The notes below the pieces were generated by a model that was not told where the DNA came from, ran no database searches, and was given only the letters and a program-made list of their open reading frames with translations. Shown here piece after piece: positions 1 through 20,407 of a DNA stretch of 64,000 nt. Source of the stretch: Bacteroidaceae bacterium (GTDB taxonomy: Bacteria > Bacteroidota > Bacteroidia > Bacteroidales > Bacteroidaceae); assembly GCA_017933995.1 (NCBI GenBank), contig JAGBKI010000022.1, forward strand, positions 1,746 to 65,745, in the 5' to 3' direction. The position numbers were made by a program, and so were the translations under genes. Every line of letters starts with the position of its first letter. Position 1 is the stretch's first letter.

Positions 1-91
1 CGGCGGGAGGTGTTACGCCCCGCCAATACCGAACGCCCCGGCGCGCGCCGCTTCGCTACGGAGCGGCATAATTCAATAACAACTAATCACA

Positions 92-529
92 ATGGCAAAA
101 GAAGTTGCTGGATTAATCAAGTTACAGATTAAAGGAGGTGCTGCAAATCCGTCCCCTCCCGTAGGCCCCGCTCTGGGTGCCAAGGGAATCAACATCATGG
201 ATTTCTGCAAGCAGTTCAACGCCAGGACGCAGGAGAAAGCCGGAAAGGTGCTGCCCGTTGTAATCACCTATTACACGGACAAGTCGTTCACCTTTGTGGT
301 CAAGACCCCGCCCGTGGCCATCCAATTGCTTGAGGCAGCAAAGCAGAAGAGTGGCTCCGCACAGCCCAACCGCCAGAAAATCGCCACCATCACTTGGGAC
401 GAGGTGAAGCGCATCGCGGAGGACAAAATGCCTGACCTCAACTGCTTCACCGTGGAGAGCGCCATGAAGCTCGTGGCCGGCACGGCACGCAGTATGGGCA
501 TCAACGTACAGGGAGACTTCCCCGCTTAA
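92..529 (+). CDS. rplK: 50S ribosomal protein L11
   Basis: [20 protein letters not shown] motif; first gene of the rplKAJL-rpoBC cluster. Confidence 0.98.
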   Translation: MAKEVAGLIKLQIKGGAANPSPPVGPALGAKGINIMDFCKQFNARTQEKAGKVLPVVITYYTDKSFTFVVKTPPVAIQLLEAAKQKSGSAQPNRQKIATITWDEVKRIAEDKMPDLNCFTVESAMKLVAGTARSMGINVQGDFPA

Positions 530-559
530 CCCTCTAACCACTTCACACCAATTAGACAA

Positions 560-1252
560 ATGAGCAAACTGACCAAGAATCAGAAAGCAGTTGCTGATAA
601 GGTTGAAGCCGGGAAGGCATACACGCTGGCCGAAGCCGCCAAAGTGGTGAAGGAAATCACTTTCACCAAGTTTGACGCTTCCGTGGACATCGACATCCGC
701 CTGGGTGTCGACCCGCGCAAGGCCAACCAGATGGTGCGCGGCACCGTTTCCCTGCCCCACGGCACGGGTAAGGTGACACGCGTCCTCTGCCTCTGTCCCC
801 CCGAGGCTGAGACCGCCGCAAAAGAAGCAGGTGCTGACTACGTCGGCCTGGATGAGTACATCGAGAAAATCCGAGGCGGATGGACGGACATCGACGTGAT
901 TATCACGATGCCCGCGATAATGGGTAAAATCGGCGCGCTGGGCCGCATCCTCGGCCCCCGCGGATTGATGCCTAACCCCAAGAGTGGTACCGTGACGCCC
1001 GACGTGGCAAAAGCCATACGCGAGGTGAAGCAGGGTAAGATTGACTTCAAGGTCGACAAGACGGGTATCGTACACGCCGCCATCGGCAAGGTGTCTTTCA
1101 CCGAAGACAAGATAGCCGACAACGCCAAGGAGTTCATCAACACCATCATCAAGCTCAAGCCCGCCACGGCCAAAGGTACGTATATCAAGAGCATTTATCT
1201 TTCATCGACTATGAGCCAGGGCGTCAAGATTGACCCCAAGACCGTAGAATAA
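560..1252 (+). CDS. rplA: 50S ribosomal protein L1
   Basis: [25 protein letters not shown] and [14 protein letters not shown] motifs; synteny. Confidence 0.98.
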   Translation: MSKLTKNQKAVADKVEAGKAYTLAEAAKVVKEITFTKFDASVDIDIRLGVDPRKANQMVRGTVSLPHGTGKVTRVLCLCPPEAETAAKEAGADYVGLDEYIEKIRGGWTDIDVIITMPAIMGKIGALGRILGPRGLMPNPKSGTVTPDVAKAIREVKQGKIDFKVDKTGIVHAAIGKVSFTEDKIADNAKEFINTIIKLKPATAKGTYIKSIYLSSTMSQGVKIDPKTVE

Positions 1253-1271
1253 AAGACTACACCTAAGCACT

Positions 1272-1790
1272 ATGAAGAAGGAAGATAAGCAAATCCTGAT
1301 ACAGACTCTTGGCGAAAAGCTGAAAGAGTACGCCCACTTCTACCTCGTAGACGTTTCCGGCCTCAACGCAGCCGCCACGAGCGACCTCCGCCGCAAGTGC
1401 TTCCAGCAGGAAGTGAAGATGGTGGTTGTCAAGAACACGCTGCTGCAGAAAGCCCTCGAAGCCGCCGAGGTTGACTTCACCCCGCTCTACGACTGCCTCA
1501 AAGGCAGCACGGCAGTGTTCTTCAGCAACACGGCCAACGTTCCCGCCAAGCTCATCAAGGCCGAAGCCAAGGACGGCATCCCCGGCCTGAAAGGCGCCTA
1601 CGCCGAAGAAGGCATCTACGTCGGTGCCGACCAGCTCGACGCCCTCTGCGCCATCAAGAGCCGCACGGAACTCATCGCCGACGTTGTCGCACTGCTGCAG
1701 TCGCCCGCCAAGAACGTCATCTCCGCCCTTCAGAGCGGTGGCCAGACTATCCACGGCGTGCTGAAGACCCTGGGCGAGCGTCCCGAATAA
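1272..1790 (+). CDS. rplJ: 50S ribosomal protein L10
   Basis: VVKNTLL motif, 172 aa, lies between rplA and rplL. Confidence 0.96.
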   Translation: MKKEDKQILIQTLGEKLKEYAHFYLVDVSGLNAAATSDLRRKCFQQEVKMVVVKNTLLQKALEAAEVDFTPLYDCLKGSTAVFFSNTANVPAKLIKAEAKDGIPGLKGAYAEEGIYVGADQLDALCAIKSRTELIADVVALLQSPAKNVISALQSGGQTIHGVLKTLGERPE

Positions 1791-1905
1791 CCCCACCCCA
1801 CCACAAGCGGCGGCCGGCGCGCGGACACACAAGGAAGCGACGGCGGGTGCGGCTTGAACAGAGAAAACAACAAACCGAAAAACAACAAAACAAATACTTA
1901 CAAAA

Positions 1906-2280
1906 ATGGCAGACATCAAAGCCCTTGCTGAAGAATTAGTAAATCTTACAGTAAAAGAAGTAAACGAGTTGGCTAACGTCCTCAAGGAGGAGTACGGCAT
2001 CGAGCCCGCAGCCGCAGCCGTAGCAGTTGCAGCCCCCGCCGCCGGTGGTGCCGAGGCAGCCGCCGAGAAGACCGAGTTCGACGTAGTGCTGAAGAGCGCA
2101 GGCGCAGCCAAGCTGCAGGTCGTTAAGGCCGTCAAGGAGGCTTGCGGTCTCGGTCTGAAGGAAGCTAAGGACCTCGTGGACGGCGCTCCCAGCAAACTGA
2201 AGGAGGCTGTCGGCAAGGAAGAGGCCGAGGCACTGAAGAAGGCCCTCGAAGAGGCCGGTGCCGAGGTGGAAATCGCCTGA
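1906..2280 (+). CDS. rplL: 50S ribosomal protein L7/L12
   Basis: Ala-rich hinge, EKTEFDVVL and [12 protein letters not shown] motifs. Confidence 0.98.
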   Translation: MADIKALAEELVNLTVKEVNELANVLKEEYGIEPAAAAVAVAAPAAGGAEAAAEKTEFDVVLKSAGAAKLQVVKAVKEACGLGLKEAKDLVDGAPSKLKEAVGKEEAEALKKALEEAGAEVEIA

Positions 2281-2304
2281 CGGACATAGCCCACAACGGG
2301 TTAC

Positions 2305-2342
2305 GGTTAAGAATCCCCTGGTAGGGGGTTCTTAACCTTTTT
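2305..2342 (+). terminator. Intrinsic terminator/attenuator between rplL and rpoB
   Basis: ggttaagaatcccct..agggggttcttaacc stem followed by a T run. Confidence 0.75.
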
Positions 2343-2433
2343 GTGTCCTTAAAAAAACCGCCCGGAACGGGGCGTGGAGGACACAACGCGAAAAGCGAAC
2401 GAAACACTCCATATTATATATACACGCAAACGA

Positions 2434-6240
<3,807 letters not shown>

Positions 6241-6294
6241 GGCTCAAGTCTTTCCCTCCCCATCAACAGACACAATCCATACAAGAAAGAAACT

Positions 6295-10572
<4,278 letters not shown>

Positions 10573-10608
10573 GGCCAAGGGGCACACCCCCACCCCACTC
10601 CACATTGC

Positions 10609-10644
10609 AACGCCTCCGCAAACCCGTTTTGCGGAGGCGTTTTT
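10609..10644 (+). terminator. Intrinsic terminator after rpoC
   Basis: aacgcctccgcaaa / tttgcggaggcgtt stem plus T tail. Confidence 0.85.
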
Positions 10645-10789
10645 AATTGTCCCTAATCGGTCATTAGGGCTAAATCACTCGTGTACAATCAGAATTATCG
10701 TGCCTTTGGTGAAAATCAAAGCCATGGCAATTCTGCCCAAAGCGGAGAAAAAGCGAATGGAAAAGCCAAGAAGATTTTACAGAGGCTTT

Positions 10790-10887
10790 CAATTCTCCAA
10801 ACTTAGGCTATGTTTGTAGAAACTAAGGCTTGATTTGTACAAACTAAGGCTTAGTTTCGCCAAATTAAGGCTTAATTTGAAGAATTG
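10790..10887. repeat. 21-bp-period palindromic tandem array, 4 units (family A, copy 1)
   Basis: Units aaacttaggctatgtttgtag / aaactaaggcttgatttgtac / aaactaaggcttagtttcgcc / aaattaaggcttaatttgaag, flanked by caattct..agaattg. Confidence 0.85.
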
Positions 10888-10930
10888 CGTGGAGATAGGA
10901 AGAAACTGCGTGGGGAGTAAGAAAGATTGC

Positions 10931-11090
10931 TGGGGACTTGGCAGGAGTTGCTGGGGGCTTGGCAGGAGATGGTGGGGGACTTCGCAAGAGATGGCGGGGG
11001 ACTTCGCAGGAGTTGGTGGGGACTTGGCAGGAGTTGGTGGGGAGATGGCAGGAGTTGCTGGGGACTTGGCAGGAGTTAGTGGGGAGATGC
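10931..11090. repeat. G-rich ~21-bp tandem repeat (tggggacttggcaggagttgN, about 7.5 units)
   Basis: Directly visible tandem units with GGGG tracts. Confidence 0.85.
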
Positions 11091-11200
11091 GAAAGGAAAC
11101 TGTGGGCGAAATAAGTGATGAAAAAAAATGGGAAACGGAGGGATGGGGGAAGAATATTCACAACTTGGCACAAGATGCGGCTATAAAGAAAATAAATAAT

Positions 11201-11208
11201 TATATTTG
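11201..11208 (+). promoter_or_regulatory. Bacteroidota -7 promoter element for tetR-fabG
   Basis: TATATTTG matches TAnnTTTG, 21 nt before the ATG. Confidence 0.65.
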
Positions 11209-11229
11209 CACCCGTAAAACGTTTGTGCA

Positions 11230-11844
11230 ATGTCTGTCAGCAAAACACGGCGCCACCTGGTGGACGTGGCGCGCGACCTCTTCGCCCGCAAGGGCCTTGA
11301 GTCCACCACGATGAACGATATCGCCGCCGCCTCGGCGCGCGGGCGACGCACGCTCTACACCTATTTCCGCAGCAAAGAGGAACTCTACACCGCTGTGGTA
11401 GAGACCGAACTCGACCGCCTGTCGGAAAAGCTCGACGAGGTGGCGCAGACGGACATTTCGCCCCTCAACAAGCTTTTCATGCTGGCCTACACGCACCTCA
11501 ACGCCACGAAGGAGGCCGTGGGCCGTAACGGTTCGCTGCGCGCCGAGTTCTTCCGCAACATCTGGACGGTGGAGACGGTGCGTCGCACATTCGACCGCGA
11601 GGAGCGCGACATCATCAAGCGCATTCTGCGTGAGGGTGTCGACCGGGGCGTGTTCCGCCTGAGCAGCGTCACGCTGATGGCTGACATCTTCCACTACTGC
11701 CTGAAGGGTCTCGAAGTGCCCTACATTTACGACCGCCTGGGCATCGGCGTCACCGAGGAGCAAGCCAAAATCTGCGTACTCGAACTTGTGAGCCGCGCTA
11801 TGGGCATGGGCGATCCCGACTTCGCAGCCGACCTCAAACCGTGA
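11230..11844 (+). CDS. TetR/AcrR family transcriptional regulator
   Basis: N-terminal HTH LFARKGLESTTMNDIA..RRTLYTYFRSKEEL; lies upstream of fabG. Confidence 0.92.
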   Translation: MSVSKTRRHLVDVARDLFARKGLESTTMNDIAAASARGRRTLYTYFRSKEELYTAVVETELDRLSEKLDEVAQTDISPLNKLFMLAYTHLNATKEAVGRNGSLRAEFFRNIWTVETVRRTFDREERDIIKRILREGVDRGVFRLSSVTLMADIFHYCLKGLEVPYIYDRLGIGVTEEQAKICVLELVSRAMGMGDPDFAADLKP

Positions 11845-11915
11845 AACCTTTGGGAGTTTTCCGAGTACTCCGACAACTCCGCCAACTCCGATAACTCAAA
11901 CAACCCAACTGTAAA

Positions 11916-12662
11916 ATGAAACTTTTAGAAGGCAAGACGGCGCTCATTACTGGCGCCGCGCGGGGCATCGGCAAGGCCATAGCCCTGAAGTTCGCCGAAG
12001 AAGGCGCGAACATAGCGTTCACCGACCTCGTCATCGACGAGAACGGCAAGCAGACCGAGGCCGAGGTGGCCGCCAAGGGCGTGAAGTGCGTGGGCTACGC
12101 CAGCAACGCCGCCGATTTCGCCCAGACCGAGGAGGTTGTGGCCAAGGTAAAAGCCGACTTCGGCGCCATCGACATTCTGGTGAACAATGCCGGCATCACC
12201 AAGGACGGCCTGATGCTACGCATGACCGAGGCGCAGTGGGACGCCGTGATTGCCGTCAACCTCAAGTCGGCCTTCAACTTCATCCACGCCGTCACCCCTA
12301 TCATGATGCGCCAACGCAGCGGTTCCATCATCAACATGGCCAGCGTCGTAGGCGTGCACGGCAACGCCGGACAGGCCAACTACGCCGCCTCCAAGGCCGG
12401 TCTCATTGCCCTGGCCAAGAGTGTGGCGCAGGAGATGGGCAGCCGAGGCATCCGCGCCAACGCCATCGCACCGGGCTTCATCGAGACAGCCATGACAGCC
12501 GCCCTGCCCGAGGATGTGCGCAAGGACTGGATTCAGAAAATCCCCCTGCGCCGTGGCGGCCAAACCGACGACATTGCCAACGTGGCCACCTTCTTGGCAT
12601 CCGACCTTAGCAGCTACGTCAGCGGCCAGGTCATCCAGGTCGACGGCGGCATGAATATGTAG
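11916..12662 (+). CDS. fabG: 3-oxoacyl-ACP reductase
   Basis: TGAARGIG, NNAGITKD and YAASK SDR motifs. Confidence 0.95.
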   Translation: MKLLEGKTALITGAARGIGKAIALKFAEEGANIAFTDLVIDENGKQTEAEVAAKGVKCVGYASNAADFAQTEEVVAKVKADFGAIDILVNNAGITKDGLMLRMTEAQWDAVIAVNLKSAFNFIHAVTPIMMRQRSGSIINMASVVGVHGNAGQANYAASKAGLIALAKSVAQEMGSRGIRANAIAPGFIETAMTAALPEDVRKDWIQKIPLRRGGQTDDIANVATFLASDLSSYVSGQVIQVDGGMNM

Positions 12663-12823
12663 TTCCCCGCGCCCACAAAAAACAACAATCGTTCGGGGAT
12701 AAACGAACGGTAACAGCTTCCATACGGCCCTCATGGCGGAAGCGAACACAACAAAAACGTGCCGTCTTTGCACTTCAAGCAAAGGCGGCACATTTTCTAT
12801 GGGAAGAGATTGGGCGGGAATCC

Positions 12824-13348
12824 TCAGCGACGCTGGCCTCCCCGCGCAACTTGATGGAATGTGCTGCGACGGAATTTTTCGTCGGCGGCCTTGATGCGCA
12901 ATACCTTGGACGCCGTGATGCCGCGTGCGCGCAGACGGTCGTAGAACTGGTTTTCGGCATCAACAGCCTGGCGCTGCAAGCGTTGCACTTCGGCCAATAC
13001 ACGCTGGCACTCGCGCTCGGTGAGACGTTCGCGGGCGGCATGGGTACACGCACGGTCTATCTTCTTGTGCAGGTCGCGCTGCAAGTCCTTCAGGTCAAAG
13101 AAGAGGGGGAACACAACGTCGGCCTCCTTTTTAGAAAGCCCGGCCTCCTTTGTGATGAAAGCACGCACCTTTTCCCTAAATTCTGCTGGGTTGAACGGCT
13201 TGCCGTCAGGGCCTTTCCCAGGCTGCTGCGGGCGCATACCTTGGTTGGGCTGCGGCCTCTGTGCCAGCACGGGGAGGGCTGCGGGAGCCGAGAAGGCCAT
13301 TGCGGCGGCCATCACGGCTATTTGGAAGAAGCGGGTTGTCTTATTCAT
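12824..13348 (-). CDS. Exported helical protein (possibly Spy/CpxP-like)
   Basis: Signal-peptide-like N-terminus, Pro/Gln linker, helical domain; its ATG overlaps the upstream stop; last gene of the ECF operon. Confidence 0.65.
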   Translation of the reverse strand: MNKTTRFFQIAVMAAAMAFSAPAALPVLAQRPQPNQGMRPQQPGKGPDGKPFNPAEFREKVRAFITKEAGLSKKEADVVFPLFFDLKDLQRDLHKKIDRACTHAARERLTERECQRVLAEVQRLQRQAVDAENQFYDRLRARGITASKVLRIKAADEKFRRSTFHQVARGGQRR

Positions 13349-13694
13349 CGTTGAAAGCGTATAAACTCTGGTCGTCAAGCATCAAATAGGAATACAAATC
13401 GTCGGACAGCGCGTTGCTGGGAGCCGTGGCTACAGAGAACTGGGTCGGGGCGGCATAGCCAGCGGCCGGTTCTGCACGCTGCAACGCCTTGGTGCCGAGG
13501 GCAACGACGGCTACTACGGCTGCCGCGCTGAGGTATGGGCGCACCACCTGCCACAGCGAACGGCGCGGAAGCTGCACGGCGGGGGCTTGCTCCGGGACAT
13601 GTGCCATCACACGCTCGGTCAGCGTGTCGAAATAGCCGTCAGGGATGCGGAAAGGGCTGACAGGCTCGGCGGCGGGGTTGAATGGAATGGTCAT
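13341..13694 (-). CDS. Putative single-pass anti-sigma factor
   Basis: PFRIPDGYFD motif plus one TM segment, directly downstream of the ECF sigma gene. Confidence 0.7.
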   Translation of the reverse strand: MTIPFNPAAEPVSPFRIPDGYFDTLTERVMAHVPEQAPAVQLPRRSLWQVVRPYLSAAAVVAVVALGTKALQRAEPAAGYAAPTQFSVATAPSNALSDDLYSYLMLDDQSLYAFNDE

Positions 13695-13740
13695 AACTTC
13701 TTGTGTTTTCGCCTTTATGACTTGGATGGCAGGCTATGGT

Positions 13741-14265
13741 TTAATTCTCTTCCTTGAAAAAACTTTCTATCTTTTTCACCGCAATGTGGTAGGAGGCTTT
13801 GAGTGCGCCTACGCTCGTGCCCAATATTTCGCTCATGTCTTCGTACTTCATCTGTTCGTAATACTTCATGTTGAAAACCAGACGCTGTTTTTCGGGTAGC
13901 GCGGCTATCGCGGTCTGAAGTTTCAGCTGGAGTTCGTCGCCGTCGAAATAGGGGTCGCTTTGTAGCGTCCGCTCCACGTCGGTGTCGTCGAGCGCCACGC
14001 TGCTGCGCTGGCGAGCCAGAAAACTGAGCGATTCGTTCGTGGCTATGCGGTAGAGCCATGTGCTCACCTTGGCTTCGCCCTTGAATTGGTCGAGCGCCGC
14101 CCAGGCTTTCATGAACGTGTCCTGCAACACGTCGTCGGTATCGTCGTGGGAAAGCACCATCGAACGGATGTGGCGGTAGAGGCGCGGCCCGTAGAGGCGC
14201 ACCGTCTCCTCAAAAGCCGCACGGCGTGTGGCGGGGTCTATCAGACGGCTGTTCAGATTGTCCAC
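13741..14265 (-). CDS. ECF-type RNA polymerase sigma factor
   Basis: DDVLQDTFMKAW, STWLYRIA and region-4 LPEKQRLVF..YEDMSEILG motifs; GTG start. Confidence 0.93.
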   Translation of the reverse strand: MDNLNSRLIDPATRRAAFEETVRLYGPRLYRHIRSMVLSHDDTDDVLQDTFMKAWAALDQFKGEAKVSTWLYRIATNESLSFLARQRSSVALDDTDVERTLQSDPYFDGDELQLKLQTAIAALPEKQRLVFNMKYYEQMKYEDMSEILGTSVGALKASYHIAVKKIESFFKEEN

Positions 14266-14369
14266 GGCTGTAAGGGATGGGGACTGGTGTACGGCTAAGA
14301 AAAACGGGATGCTATAACATCCCGTATCAAAAAGAAATTATTGGGGGCCATAGAGTGAGCGGTGGCTTG

Positions 14370-14687
14370 TCAAACAAGGTTTATCTTGCGCACCACGTCG
14401 CCTACCTTGACGATGTAACATCCGCGTGCCAAACCAGTGCTGACGGTCTCCTCGTTGGCACTTATCTTCACGCTCTTGAGCCGCGCGCCCGTCACGCTGT
14501 AAATCTCCAGCGTCTGCCCAGCAGCACCCGTAACGCGAAGATTAGTGCCTCGCACGGTTATCTTGATGTCGCTCTGCGTTTCCGTCGCACTGCTGCACGC
14601 TGGCGCATCAGCGGGAGTGGCCGAAACAAGTGTCGGCGTACCCAAGAGGAAGATAAAAAGGAGTATGCGGAATAGCGTTTTAGCCAT
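14370..14687 (-). CDS. Small exported protein consisting mainly of a T9SS type A C-terminal-domain-like region
   Basis: Signal peptide plus LEIYSVTG..LARGCYIVKVGDVVRKI. Confidence 0.75.
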   Translation of the reverse strand: MAKTLFRILLFIFLLGTPTLVSATPADAPACSSATETQSDIKITVRGTNLRVTGAAGQTLEIYSVTGARLKSVKISANEETVSTGLARGCYIVKVGDVVRKINLV

Positions 14688-14792
14688 AAAAATCACATTT
14701 AACGCTGCAAATGTATGCCTTTTCGGCTTTCCGCGCAAGTTTTTAGGTGTTTTTTGTCAAGAAGCGGCACAATAAAGCCGTGTTCACGCCGT

Positions 14793-15683
14793 TTAAGCCT
14801 GCCCCAAAGCTTTGTCGAAAGCCGCAAGGGCGTCAGCGGTGGCGGCGGTGGCGGGGACGAGGGGGAGGCGAAGCACGTTGGCCACCGTGCCACGCGAGGC
14901 GAGCAGGGCCTTGATGCCCGCCGGGTTGCCGTCGGCGAAAAGGGGTTTGTAGACGGGGCGCAGCGTGCCGTCGAGGCGGGCGGCCTCGTAGGCGTTGCCA
15001 CTGCGGGCGGCCCGCACGAGGTCGGCGAAGCGGCGCGGGTAGGCGTTGCCCACCACACTGATGACGCCCACGGCACCGGCCAGGATGGCGTCGCGCGTCA
15101 GGGCGTCGTCGCCGCACAGCACGCTGAAGCCCTCGGGCGCGCCGTCGATAATGGCGCGTATCTGGCCGATGTCGCCGCTGGCCTCCTTGACGGCCACAAT
15201 GCCCCGGCAGTCGTCGGCAAGGCGCAGGCAGGTCTCGGCAGTGAGGTTCACGCCGGTGCGCCCCGGCACGTTGTAGAGCACCACGGGCAGGGGCGACGCC
15301 TCGCTGACGGCGTAGAAGTGGGCGTAGAGGCCGCGCTGCGAGGGCTTGTTGTAGTAGGGCGTGACGATGAGCACGCCGTCAATGCCCGTGAGGTCTGCCT
15401 TGCGCAGGTAGGCGCAGACGGCGGCGGTGTTGTTGCCGCCCGCGCCGAGCAGCAGGGGTACGCGACCGCCGGTGGCGCGGCGCACGGTGGCGACGATTTG
15501 GGCTTTCTCGCGCTCGGTGAGGCAGGGCGTCTCGGCGGTGGTGCCCAGCACGCAAAGGAAGTCGGCGCCTTGCTCCACCTGCCAGGCGGCGAGCGTTTCG
15601 AGGGCGTCGTAGTCCACGCTGCCGTCAGTCTTAAAAGGAGTTATCAGTGCCACGCCAAGGCCGTGGAAAAGTGGGGAAGTCAT
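14793..15683 (-). CDS. dapA: 4-hydroxy-tetrahydrodipicolinate synthase
   Basis: ALITPF, LGTTAE, PYYNKP, LYNVPGRTG and AVKEASG motifs. Confidence 0.96.
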   Translation of the reverse strand: MTSPLFHGLGVALITPFKTDGSVDYDALETLAAWQVEQGADFLCVLGTTAETPCLTEREKAQIVATVRRATGGRVPLLLGAGGNNTAAVCAYLRKADLTGIDGVLIVTPYYNKPSQRGLYAHFYAVSEASPLPVVLYNVPGRTGVNLTAETCLRLADDCRGIVAVKEASGDIGQIRAIIDGAPEGFSVLCGDDALTRDAILAGAVGVISVVGNAYPRRFADLVRAARSGNAYEAARLDGTLRPVYKPLFADGNPAGIKALLASRGTVANVLRLPLVPATAATADALAAFDKALGQA

Positions 15684-15766
15684 TGGGGAAAAAGGTTTGG
15701 AAGTTGTGGAGCCGGGAAATCTAAGCACTCTATAATCTCTAATAAATCTAAAAACTCTTAGAGCGA

Positions 15767-18629
<2,863 letters not shown>

Positions 18630-18654
18630 TGAGAAACTATACCTTATTATATAT

Positions 18655-19788
18655 ATGCATTCCACACACAACAAAAGCCGACTTCACATAGCCCTTGCCT
18701 TGTTGTTTATTAAGGGTTTTATCATAGCAAGCACCATTATGGCACAAAACATCACCCAAATTTCACCGCGCATCCAGGCACTCGCCGCCATAGCCTCCGC
18801 TGAGGCCAAGGGCGACACCGCTACCCTGCGCCGCGCCCTCGGTTACGGTCTCGACAACGGCCTCACCGTCAGCGAAGCCAAGGAAGCTCTCTCACAACTC
18901 TACGCCTACACGGGCTTTCCCCGCTCGCTCAATGCCCTCGGCACGCTACAGTCCGTGCTGCAACAGCGCGAGGCAGACGATACACCCACTGAAGCAGGGC
19001 GCGAAGCCTCACCCCTGCCCGCTGATTACGACGCGCTGGCACGCGGCACCGAGGTACAAACTCGCCTAACCGGGCGCGCGTTCAACTACGCCTTCGCCCC
19101 GCAGACCGACTACTACCTCAAGGCTCACCTTTTCGGCGACATCTTCGTGCGCGACAACCTCACGGAGGCCGACCGCGAAGTGGTCACCGTCAGTGCTATC
19201 TCGGCTCTGCCCGGCTGCGAGCCGCAACTGCGCGCGCACGTTGCCGGGGCGCGCAACATGGGTGTGGCCGACGAGACGCTGCGCGCCCTGCCTGTCGTGC
19301 TGGCAAAATGGACAGGACAAGGTGGTGCCGACCGCCTCAGTGCTGCCCTCGCCGCTGTGCTCGACGGCGACGCGCAGGCTGCCACAGCCCCCGTGCTGGA
19401 CAGCCCCTGGCCCATCGGCGAGCCGAACACGGCCTACGCGCAGTATTTCATCGGCCAAAGCTACCTTGCCCCACTCGATGCCGCCAACGGCGGCCCCGTG
19501 AACGTCACGTTCGAACCGCGCTGCCGCAACAACTGGCACGTACACCACGATGCCGTGCAGGTGCTCGTCTGCGTCAACGGGCGCGGCTGGTATCAAGAAT
19601 GGGGTAAGCCCGCCATAGAACTGAAGCCAGGCATCACCGTTTGTGTACCAGCTGAGGTGAAGCATTGGCACGGCGCAGCGCGCGACAGCTGGATGCAGCA
19701 CTTGACGTACCACACCCACGTCGGTCCCGCCAGTTCCAACGAATGGCTCGAACCCGTTACGGACGAGGTGTACGACCGATTGCCGTAA
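18655..19788 (+). CDS. Carboxymuconolactone decarboxylase-family/cupin fusion protein
   Basis: QLYAYTGFPRSLNA and HLFGDIF CMD-like segments; cupin VTFEPRCRNNWH..KHWHGA; the start may be 18739. Confidence 0.8.
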   Translation: MHSTHNKSRLHIALALLFIKGFIIASTIMAQNITQISPRIQALAAIASAEAKGDTATLRRALGYGLDNGLTVSEAKEALSQLYAYTGFPRSLNALGTLQSVLQQREADDTPTEAGREASPLPADYDALARGTEVQTRLTGRAFNYAFAPQTDYYLKAHLFGDIFVRDNLTEADREVVTVSAISALPGCEPQLRAHVAGARNMGVADETLRALPVVLAKWTGQGGADRLSAALAAVLDGDAQAATAPVLDSPWPIGEPNTAYAQYFIGQSYLAPLDAANGGPVNVTFEPRCRNNWHVHHDAVQVLVCVNGRGWYQEWGKPAIELKPGITVCVPAEVKHWHGAARDSWMQHLTYHTHVGPASSNEWLEPVTDEVYDRLP

Positions 19789-19900
19789 AAGTTTAGAAGA
19801 AACGACATTAGGAGTTAGGATTTAGGAATTGGGCCGCGCGGAAGGCAGATGTAATTGCCGCGCCGCACGGCAACGTTTATTCTCTAATGTTTATCGTTTC

Positions 19901-20218
19901 ATGTTTGTTTCGCTCCTAATCCTCACCCTAACAGTCGTCCTTGCCGCCGTCATCGTCAGCGGCAAGGGCGACTGGCTTATCGCGGGTTACAATCGGATGA
20001 AAGCCGCCGAGCGCGCACGGGTGCACCTGCGACGCCTGCGGATTGTGGTAGCCGCTACACTGGTCGGCACGGGCGCCGTTATCGTCCTGCCCTACTTCAC
20101 CGACCACTCCGAAAACATCATAGCCCACCTGCTCTCCGCCGCAGGCGTGACCTTTGTGGCCATCATTGGCGTCGTCCTGGCCAACACCTGGTGCGTAAAA
20201 AACAATAGTGCGGGTTAG
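19901..20218 (+). CDS. Small membrane protein (DUF3784-like)
   Basis: GKGDWLIAGYN motif with three hydrophobic segments. Confidence 0.7.
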   Translation: MFVSLLILTLTVVLAAVIVSGKGDWLIAGYNRMKAAERARVHLRRLRIVVAATLVGTGAVIVLPYFTDHSENIIAHLLSAAGVTFVAIIGVVLANTWCVKNNSAG

Positions 20219-20272
20219 TTCTCCAAACTTAGGCTTAGTTTCGCCAAATTAAGCCTTAGTTTGCAGAATTGT
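20216..20272. repeat. 21-bp-period palindromic array, 2 units (family A, copy 2)
   Basis: agttctcc-aaacttaggcttagtttcgcc-aaattaagccttagtttgcag-aattg. Confidence 0.8.
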
Positions 20273-20306
20273 GGCTTTTCCGTTCCTTTTTAAGTGGGAT
20301 GCGGAC

Positions 20307-20348
20307 AAAAAATAAGGCGGCGCGTGCCTTTCCCTGGCACACGCCGCC
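20307..20348 (-). terminator. Intrinsic terminator after metY
   Basis: ggcggcgcgtgcc / ggcacacgccgcc stem with an A-run on the + strand. Confidence 0.7.
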
Positions 20349-20407
20349 AACTCTTCTTGTCTTTTCAGAACTTGATGTAAATGATAAGATGAAAATCAAT
20401 AAATGTC

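Noticed and set aside
10790-10887. 21-bp arrays as CRISPR
   Set aside because: Linkers are only 4 nt, there are no unique spacers and no cas genes
10835-11314. 159-aa (+) and 121-aa (-) ORFs over the repeats
   Set aside because: Translations of tandem repeats that overlap the tetR promoter; no evidence they are coding
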